Source of the DNA: a virus
Lineage: Duplodnaviria; Caudoviricetes
DNA length: 64,000 nucleotides
Virus record (IMG/VR): IMGVR_UViG_3300005842_000004
Location: 715-64,714 of that record
Direction: 5' to 3' (one strand)
Of this stretch, positions 9,474 through 17,000 are shown one piece after another; position 1 is the stretch's first letter; every line of letters starts with the position of its first letter. Below the pieces are notes generated by a model. It worked only from the letters and a program-made list of their open reading frames with translations. It was not told the origin of the DNA and did no database searches. Made by a program: the position numbers and the translations under genes.

Positions 9474-9539
9474 TCAGTCCAGAGCCTGGACAGCGAGCAG
9501 GCGGATTGTTTCGCGGGTGAGCTTCAATTTACGCGACAT
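9474..9539 (-). CDS. 21-aa micro-ORF, lanthipeptide-leader-like peptide MSRKLKLTRETIRLLAVQALD (not in ORF track)
   Basis: GGAGG 5 nt before ATG; fills the gap between two tail genes; shares LxL(S/T)RET(I/L)RxL with the precursor at 11954-12163. Confidence 0.7.
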   Translation of the reverse strand: MSRKLKLTRETIRLLAVQALD

Positions 9540-9540
9540 G

Positions 9541-11049
9541 CTATCCTCCGCCTGATCTCTGGCCATTGTGATCGATCCAATGCAACACCATGTCCCACCT
9601 GTCTCGGGTGTGGTTCATCCCGTCAGCGAGTACGTCCGGATCGATCCCGGTAAATCGGCCTATATGTGTCTCCGCTTTCGACCCGACGACCATCCAGCGG
9701 GGACGGGTTTGCTCATCCGAATACCCCTCGGTCATGTTCGGATCGGGGATGAGCAGAGTAGGGACGCGCATGATCCCGAGTGTGCGGATGAGACGTTCGA
9801 TCGCCTGGACGGTCAATCGGGATATGCCGATGATGGTCATGTCGGCCTCGGTCCATTCCAGGGGGGATCGTCCACCGCGGAACGAGCCGGCACGGGTACG
9901 GGCAGGGGTGGAATCGGAGGCGGAGGAAAGATTCCAGCCGGAGGGGGAGGCGAGAGGGGTGATGATGGTATCGGCGGCGAGGAAACGACCGGCGTGGAAA
10001 CGGCCATCAGGATCGCCAGGATTGACAATCGACGAGTAAATGTGCGCGTTCAGCACACCGCCAATCACGCGCGTGAACGGAGTTGTCAGGTAACTATTGA
10101 ATGGTCCCGGCTCGACATACACATATGTTGTGGTTGAGATCGTAATGTCGGGTCGCAGCGTAAAGCTATCCATATCGACGTTTGGAAAATCCAGCAGTCC
10201 GGAATCATAACTATATCCCGAGTGATCGAGCACCAGCTCGACGCCGATGAAGTCACAAGCAGTCGAAGTACTCAGATGCAGCTCCATAGCTGCTGTTTGA
10301 CTCGCAAGAGCAGAGGCCAAGAAAGAATAGGTGAACACGAACCCGCCGCTCGAATTGCCCACTTCGACGTGCTCTAGATCCACGTACGATACAAGTGATA
10401 TTACCGAAGATCCCGACTGCCATATCGACGCCGTGACGCTTGGGATCAAAAGCGGGTTGTTCACATCTCGCAGATGGAAGCGGACAACGCAAGTGCCAGC
10501 TAGCGGCCGTTCGGTCGCGTAGTAATTCGCCCATGTGCCTACAATCGACGTCGCAATTGCTGGATTGGTCGGCGTCAATTTGGTCTCAGCATAGCCAACA
10601 GGCGCCGGATCATCAGGAGGATCAAGAGGATGCCCGGTGAAGTTTGCGTCAGCACCGGTGAGATTTACTTTCGAATTGAGCGTCATCGGCGGGCGGACTC
10701 GGCTGGCGATTGGGTACGTGTCGACGATGAGTCGGAACAAGTTATTGCCGTAGGTGACACCCGGCAGCACTGCGCTCGGTGTTCTTCTGTTGATTCCGAT
10801 CAAAGACACTACACCGAGATTTCTATTGACAATCACATTGTCTGATTGCGCTTGTACCCAACTGCAAGAGCTTCTATGGTTGATGGCGGACCAGTAATCG
10901 CCGAGTATGTCACCCGTCAATTTGCTCGTATCGAATCCTGGCATGGCAGACCCGGTTGTGATTGTCCACCTATCTGACGGATACAGAACTGCGCCTGTAG
11001 TCGACAAATCACGGACAGCGAAGCGGAGACCAGCAACCGGGTCAGTCAT
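9541..11049 (-). CDS. Minor/distal tail protein (putative)
   Basis: 502 aa beta-rich ORF adjacent to the LamG tail gene; positional inference. Confidence 0.65.
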   Translation of the reverse strand: MTDPVAGLRFAVRDLSTTGAVLYPSDRWTITTGSAMPGFDTSKLTGDILGDYWSAINHRSSCSWVQAQSDNVIVNRNLGVVSLIGINRRTPSAVLPGVTYGNNLFRLIVDTYPIASRVRPPMTLNSKVNLTGADANFTGHPLDPPDDPAPVGYAETKLTPTNPAIATSIVGTWANYYATERPLAGTCVVRFHLRDVNNPLLIPSVTASIWQSGSSVISLVSYVDLEHVEVGNSSGGFVFTYSFLASALASQTAAMELHLSTSTACDFIGVELVLDHSGYSYDSGLLDFPNVDMDSFTLRPDITISTTTYVYVEPGPFNSYLTTPFTRVIGGVLNAHIYSSIVNPGDPDGRFHAGRFLAADTIITPLASPSGWNLSSASDSTPARTRAGSFRGGRSPLEWTEADMTIIGISRLTVQAIERLIRTLGIMRVPTLLIPDPNMTEGYSDEQTRPRWMVVGSKAETHIGRFTGIDPDVLADGMNHTRDRWDMVLHWIDHNGQRSGGG

Positions 11050-11062
11050 AGCCTTCAGTGTA

Positions 11063-11743
11063 TCAGGGTGCGCCGCAAAGTTTCACGCCGTTCGGATCGA
11101 CACCGCATCCGATCGCGTCCCCGTGATCGTGAAGCCGGCGAAAGCACTTGCCGACTGTTCGCACGGGATCTCCGGTCATGCTGGTCACAACGCCGGCCGG
11201 GAGACAGGAAGCAGCGCACGGCGGAAGGAACGCCACGTACTCATCATATTGCGGACAGTCCGTCGTGTACCCGACGATATCGACAACGTAATCCGCCGCT
11301 GCTGTCGAATAGAGCGACACATCTGCCGGGAAGTTGAAGTCAGCCAGTGTGATCGGCGCCGTGACCACATTGCCGTTCTCGTTCGCAGTCATGAGCAGAG
11401 TGATCGCGAGAGGCTGAGACGGCGCATTCCACGGCCACAGGCGGGCGTATCCGGCAGCGCTAGGGTTGACCACGGACAGGCCGACGAGGACACCGGTTGC
11501 GTACTTTGGCACACCGCAACCGGCCTCGCCGCCCTGGTTGGTTCCGGCGTCTTCTCGCACACGGAAACTCATCGTGCTCCCCGCCGTCATCCGCGCATTG
11601 ATCAGCCGGGTATCGAGCACTCGGCACGGACGCGGAAGGAGGATGACGTCATCTGCACTCGCCCGATCCACCCCAGCGAGCGCCATGACTCCGAATCCGA
11701 GAACCACCACCAACTTCATCTTCATCCTCATCTTGAGATTCAT
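11063..11743 (-). CDS. Secreted protein with PCRxxDTR beta-sandwich module
   Basis: Signal peptide KLVVVLGFGVMALAGVDRASA; PCRVLDTR..CGVP..ATGVLVGLSVVNP..GYARLWP..VVDIVGY; Cys-rich C-terminus. Confidence 0.8.
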   Translation of the reverse strand: MNLKMRMKMKLVVVLGFGVMALAGVDRASADDVILLPRPCRVLDTRLINARMTAGSTMSFRVREDAGTNQGGEAGCGVPKYATGVLVGLSVVNPSAAGYARLWPWNAPSQPLAITLLMTANENGNVVTAPITLADFNFPADVSLYSTAAADYVVDIVGYTTDCPQYDEYVAFLPPCAASCLPAGVVTSMTGDPVRTVGKCFRRLHDHGDAIGCGVDPNGVKLCGAP

Positions 11744-11953
11744 AAGCTCTGATCCCCATCTCGCCCCATTATCGGGGCCGTTATCTACTACATTAACTTT
11801 CTTGCGTGAGCGTCGGACCGAGAGCGCAAGACCTGATATCCCGGTCCGACGAGTGAGAGCGTTTGCAGCGGGGTCAGTTCACCAACTGAGACCGTTCCAC
11901 CTTTCCACACTTTGATTTATCCGGATCACCTCCCAATTAAATAAATGTTGGGT

Positions 11954-12163
11954 TCAGATGCAACCAGTTCTTGCGGCAGAATCGACATGCCCACAAACAG
12001 TGAAGACGCCAGTAGGACAATTGCAATTGGTGTTGTTGCACGTCTCGGTACACCAATCAGTCGTCGTACAGCCGTCTTGATTGCTCTCGCCTCCAACGAC
12101 TCGGCGTAGAGAGGATTCGGTGAGATTTCTCAGCGTCTCACGACTAAGAGTCAGCCGCCGCAT
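11954..12163 (-). CDS. Lanthipeptide/RiPP-type precursor peptide (69 aa)
   Basis: SD AGGAGGTG before ATG 12163; leader MRRLTLSRETLRNL...VVGG then core with 7 Cys, 9 Thr, 2 Ser. Confidence 0.85.
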   Translation of the reverse strand: MRRLTLSRETLRNLTESSLRRVVGGESNQDGCTTTDWCTETCNNTNCNCPTGVFTVCGHVDSAARTGCI

Positions 12164-12222
12164 TTCGCCACCTCCTGGCATTTCCCTGAGACCGGCCGTC
12201 TATTCGTCCGGTCGGCGATCAA

Positions 12223-12273
12223 ACAATACCGCGTATCCTCGGCGGTTGTCAACCGGGCGAATAGAGCGTAAGT
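12223..12273 (-). promoter_or_regulatory. Promoter/operator of the precursor gene; copy 1 of a 33-bp element
   Basis: TTGACA-18-TATTGT; CGGTTGTCAACCG at 12243-12255; 12241-12273 matches 45957-45989 at 31/33. Confidence 0.75.
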
Positions 12274-12282
12274 GTCCAGGCC

Positions 12283-12308
12283 AAAAAGAGCCCCCGTCTC
12301 CGGGAGCT
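12283..12308 (-). terminator. Intrinsic terminator after endolysin
   Basis: AGCTCCCG-GAGA-CGGGGGCT stem followed by CTTTTT. Confidence 0.75.
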
Positions 12309-12403
12309 GTCGAAGGAGGAAACCCCTGACCGAGATGATCTCGGTTACCGGAGTCGCCACAAGGGAGAATAGCACAGTCAGCAGTGGCACAGTCAGCGCA
12401 CGG

Positions 12404-12865
12404 TCAGACAGGGACAGAGGGGAATGCATCCTGGACAAACAGTGCCATCTCCGCCGCACGTCGAGACATGAGACCTCTCAGCGGCTTATGATTCTGATTG
12501 ATCCACAAGCCGAACCCGCGCCACGCCGCAATGTAGTCTTTCGACCGCAGTGCTGATCCGATCGTCCCTATCCTGTTGAGCGTGTCCGGCCCGACATTGA
12601 ACACCAGCGACACGAGCGCATCAAACATCGACTGAGATAGAGGAGTGCCGAGGGATATGATTTCGTTGACGGTCTGCTCAGCGTCGATCAGATCCTGTTG
12701 CAGCCAGATTAGGGCTTGGGTCCGGGTGCACGTATCCCCCATCTTGACGCCGCGGGTATGGCCGAATGCGATCGTGGGCACATCATCCGCGGTTGGCTTA
12801 TACGCATGATCAGCGTACGTCTCGAATGACTTGATCAGATCGATTCCGCGTGTTCCGGTTTTCAT
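12404..12865 (-). CDS. Endolysin, GH24 phage lysozyme
   Basis: GIDLIKSFE..AY..TIAFGHT..QSMFDALVSLVFNVG..GLMSRRAAE; real start ATG 12865 overlapping holin stop. Confidence 0.93.
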   Translation of the reverse strand: MKTGTRGIDLIKSFETYADHAYKPTADDVPTIAFGHTRGVKMGDTCTRTQALIWLQQDLIDAEQTVNEIISLGTPLSQSMFDALVSLVFNVGPDTLNRIGTIGSALRSKDYIAAWRGFGLWINQNHKPLRGLMSRRAAEMALFVQDAFPSVPV

Positions 12866-13293
12866 CCTTTCCTCGCAATCAGCTCTTCCAACAGTGCCAA
12901 CCGATGCGCCGACTCCGCCCGATCCACCCGCGACAACTCCTTGACCGCAGCGACACTCTCCTCCAATACCTGCGCTTTGATCCGGAGTACACTCGCTGCC
13001 TCGGCATTTACCCGTGCCGCCTCCGCGCTGATCCTCGCCGACTCCTGCAACCCATTGACGATGTCGCGGAGGGTTGACCCGGAATCTGATTTGAACTGTG
13101 CGGCAATCTCCTTGACCACATCGAACAATTCCGGATTGTCTTTGAACCGATCGGTTATCGTGATGAGCAGAGGGATGACATCGTGAGCGTAGAGGATGAG
13201 ACGATCGAGCGGGCGGATGAGTTTGGAATAGATCACGGAGCAAGCGCCGAGGAGAGCACCCGCCCCAATGATCCACTGGAACCAAGTCGGCAC
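12862..13293 (-). CDS. Putative holin-like membrane protein
   Basis: N-terminal TM WIIGAGALLGACSVIY then coiled coil; coupled to endolysin. Confidence 0.6.
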   Translation of the reverse strand: MPTWFQWIIGAGALLGACSVIYSKLIRPLDRLILYAHDVIPLLITITDRFKDNPELFDVVKEIAAQFKSDSGSTLRDIVNGLQESARISAEAARVNAEAASVLRIKAQVLEESVAAVKELSRVDRAESAHRLALLEELIARKG

Positions 13294-13295
13294 GG

Positions 13296-13412
13296 TTAGT
13301 GATCACCCGACCCGGCCGGTGGCAAGACTTGTGCGGCCGGATCAGAGGTCTGAGGAGGAGTGAAGGTGACACTGGCCGGCGATGGTGGCATGATCGGAGC
13401 GACGAGAGACAT
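13296..13412 (-). CDS. Possible 38-aa Pro-rich protein (not in ORF track)
   Basis: MSLVAPIMPPSPASVTFTPPQTSDPAAQVLPPAGSGDH; GAGGGG upstream; fills the gap exactly. Confidence 0.4.
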   Translation of the reverse strand: MSLVAPIMPPSPASVTFTPPQTSDPAAQVLPPAGSGDH

Positions 13413-13417
13413 CGGGA

Positions 13418-13702
13418 TCACCCCTCTTCAGACGTATCGAGCCCAAGCGCCGCGTAGATGTCGATCAGTTCGCGCACAGCATGCCGTTTGAGTTTGGCAA
13501 GCCGGTCGACGCACTTTTGATGATCGGTGGCGACAATCTGTGCGTTGGTCGGCGGCAATTCCCGCGGCACCAACACGGCCACCTCTCCGGCGATCTTCTT
13601 CCCTGCATCGAGCGAGACCCCGAAGTGCTCACTGATCTGTACCGCCATCGCTTCCGGCGGACAACACACACCCGACAGACAACAAACGTGACCGTTGCTC
13701 AT
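13418..13702 (-). CDS. Hypothetical protein with N-terminal CCxxGxCCPP
   Basis: SD GGAGG; tight packing. Confidence 0.7.
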   Translation of the reverse strand: MSNGHVCCLSGVCCPPEAMAVQISEHFGVSLDAGKKIAGEVAVLVPRELPPTNAQIVATDHQKCVDRLAKLKRHAVRELIDIYAALGLDTSEEG

Positions 13703-13706
13703 GTTT

Positions 13707-14057
13707 CTACCTATCCTCCTTGGGCGTAGACGGTGGATACCTGATCTTGATTCCGGCCTGGGACATGGAATACTTCAGGGTGGCAATCTCATACGCTTCG
13801 ACATTCAGCAAGCGGTCGAGACGATTGATGGAGTCGGTCAGAGTGCGGTTGCGATCGTCATCGATCTTGATCTGTGCCTCTTGGCGGGTCTTCTGATCTC
13901 TCATATCATAGCGGAGATCGCTCAGCTCTTGACGGGCAGACAGTGCCAGGTTGACAATGAACAGGCATATTGCAGCCACAGCGCCGACCATCGAGCAGAC
14001 CAGCTTGAATCCGAACGTGAGCCTGTCTGCGGGCATTTCCTTAATGTCGTCCGGCAT
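13707..14057 (-). CDS. Membrane protein with coiled coil (holin/spanin-like candidate)
   Basis: TM LVCSMVGAVAAICLFIVNLAL then coiled coil; SD GGAGG before ATG 14057. Confidence 0.6.
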   Translation of the reverse strand: MPDDIKEMPADRLTFGFKLVCSMVGAVAAICLFIVNLALSARQELSDLRYDMRDQKTRQEAQIKIDDDRNRTLTDSINRLDRLLNVEAYEIATLKYSMSQAGIKIRYPPSTPKEDR

Positions 14058-14075
14058 GATTGATCGGCCTCCCAC

Positions 14076-17000
14076 TTACTTGCGTGTCCTACGGTCAACC
14101 ATCGTTCTGATCCGATCCGTCCTCACCAACGCGTCATTGCTCTTCGCCATCTGACTCGACTTGGTGGCGATCGTAGACAAGTGCTTATCTGCTCTCCCCT
14201 GTGCCGCGGTCAGCCGGTCAATCGAATGTGCTAATGACCGAATCGCCTGATCATGCGCCGGCGAGCTCGACGCCGATCCGCCCATCCCACCCGCACCAGC
14301 TCCCGCGCCCGCACCCGCGCCAATACCCCCCTGACTACGATACTGCAATACTCTAGCACCGTCCATCATCGGGTGCGAGAGGCGAGTGCTCACCGGCATC
14401 ATGGGCATCTTGAGTATGGGGATGATCGCTTCCGGGCCTCGATCGCCAACCATGGCCATATGAGGTCTCAGGGCGATCCCACCCTCGGCATAGTGGGGCA
14501 AACCATTGAAGCTGGCATAGATCTGATTTGCTACTTGGTTCGCCCCGGCATAGATAGCACTCGCAATCGTGGCAGCGTTGGCGTCGGCTCCAGCCACAAT
14601 AGCGTTTGCTGCCATCTGCATCGCTCCTTGCTCCCCCGCTTGGGCATTGGCCAGCAGATTGGCGCTCCCTGTCATGACTTGATTCCAGATATCGGCAAAC
14701 CCTTGCCCACCCTGATACATCGTATGACCCAGGGCGAGGAGAGCTTGTCGCGCCTGGTCCAGCTGATTGAGCGCCCCGACATCGCCACCCTGCGCCCGGG
14801 CCAGAAGAGAGTTGTAATTCGCCTGTGCCGCGGCAAGCTGCTGCTCTGGAGTCAGACCGGTCAACGCTGGATTGATTAGGAGAGATTGCGTCGACTGCGT
14901 GAACGCCTGGATTCCTTGTTGCCAGGCTTGCGCCGCCGACTTCATCGCATTCAGCAAGTCCTCAGTCGTGGCACCGCTTGTCGGCTGATAGATCCGCGCC
15001 GCCGCTGCAATCACGTTCCCGGCTTCAATCGTTTTCTTGGCCGCGTCGTGTGCCGCCGTCCACAATGCCTCTGTCGAATCGTTCCACGCCCCGAGCGCTT
15101 TCAATTGCGCTTCCATCAACTGAAAATTCAGCTCCATCATCTGGAGATCGAATGCCTGCTTATCCTTCTGGTATGCCTCGTCATCTTTCAGATAGTTATA
15201 GAGATTTCCGATGATGCCATTGACCGCGTTTTGCCGCTGATAATCAATGCCAGCCTGGACTTCGTCGAGCATCTTTTTGATTTGCTCGTCTGTCCATCCC
15301 ATTGCCTTGCCGTATGCGAGGACATTTTGCCGCATCGCATCAGCCTGGGTGTTGATCGCAAGCATCGGGTCAACCAGACCCATAAACGCATTAATCGACG
15401 CCTGCAATTCATCGCCGAACCGTTTGAACGACTCGCCCTCGCGCGGGTCTTTCTGCGAGCCTCTTCCCTTGCGCTGGATTTCCTTGTCAAACTCGACCCA
15501 AAACTGCTGCATCGCCTTCAAGCGGGCGGTAAAGTCGGTCCCGATCCCGGCATAGGAATCAGCAGCGGCCTGCTTTGTCTCCTCGAATTTCTTCTTGAGT
15601 AAGGCAATCCCCGCCGCCAGCTCATCCGCCGGGAGCTTGGCTTCTTTGGCTCGCTTGGTGAAGTCGGCGATGGATTGGTCGAGGCTGAATTTCTGACTTG
15701 CCAAATCGCCAAGTTGCGCCGCCCGCATCCCGCCGATCTCAGAGCGGAGGCTGGCTTGCTGATCAGAACGAGATGTCCCACCGCCGCCCGGCTTCTGCCT
15801 CGCCTGGATTACTGCCGCACCTTCCGCCGCAGTGAGTGCGTCTTGCCACATCCCGGCGAATTCTTCCCACTTGTTCAACACCACGAGCTGGAGTCGGATC
15901 GCCTCAAACTCGATGTCCACCTTCATCTTGGCATAGGCGGCAGCCTGGGCGGCATATTTACCCGAACCTTGCAGATATTTATAGAGCGAATCAAACACCG
16001 CCATGTTGACTTGGCTGTCTGACAGCGCTTCAGGTATCTTTTTCAGCAAATCGGTATATTTTGCGACCTCCGCCTCCAACGCCGCCCGCTGAGTATTCCA
16101 ATCCTCTTTGACCTTGTCCGATTCGTCGCTCGTCAACCCGGGCTTGGTCTTCGGCCCCGCGCCCATCGCTGACAGTGCCATGTTTGCCTTGTCCAGATCC
16201 GCCTGCAATTGCGACGCGATCTGATCGGTTGCTTTGGACATCCGATCTTGCAGCCCGACCAATCCAGCGAGAAAGTCGGCCGTGCTAGTGTCGATTCCGA
16301 GAGCGGAGTTTTTGATTCCTTGGACGGTATCGCTGAATTTCTGCGCGATGCTTATCGTGGCATCATTCAGCGCGGTCAAATCGTCAGCGAATTGAGCTTG
16401 AGCCTGGTGCAAGTCGGAGAAGTACTGCTGACTCGCCGCAGATAGTTGGCCGGAAATACCGGGCAGATTCTGCGTTGCGATACGCTGAGCAAAGTCGACT
16501 TGCGCTTTAAACTCATCGATCGACTTGCCGGCATAGTCTTTGATCGCCGCGATGACAAGCGGGTCCAATCCTTGCGAGCTGGAATGCTTGACCGCCTGAA
16601 TCAGCGCATACCCGAGCGCCGCATTCATATCCTTACCGAAAGAAGTCACTACACCATCAGCGTAGACTTTCCACTCGGTATTATTTCCTCGCCCTCTGCG
16701 CTTGATCCCGATCGACTCATCCAACGATGCGAATATCCCATCGTACGCAGTGAAGAATTGTTTGATCTGATATGCGAGCTGCTTACCCTGTCCGATCAGA
16801 TTAGAGATGTGCGCCCCGCCACCCGCCGCCGACATCGACACATCCAATGTCTTGTTGAGATCAATGGCGTCTTGTTCGGTCGACTTCATGTGGTCGTTGA
16901 GCTTGTTGACCGCATACCCGAATGCGGCCAATGCAACAACCCAAGCTCCGACCATGCCGACCGCGCCATATGATCCGGTGCCAGAGAACAGGGCGCCCAT

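Noticed and set aside
9466-9539. Leader peptide fused to the LamG tail protein by stop readthrough
   Set aside because: The TGA is 7 nt from the ATG, so the frames differ, and no slippery site is evident
6635-11049. Diversity-generating retroelement targeting tail genes
   Set aside because: No reverse transcriptase or template/variable repeat pair seen
11923-11933. GGATCACCTCC as a 16S rRNA remnant
   Set aside because: Only 11 nt match, no other rRNA sequence
9474-12308. Complete lanthipeptide biosynthetic cluster
   Set aside because: No synthetase, protease or transporter gene recognisable in the window
12866-13372. Long N-terminal extension of the lysozyme ORF (also integrase, UvrD, terS, HNH extensions)
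   Set aside because: Overlap upstream genes; coupled starts at stop/start overlaps fit better
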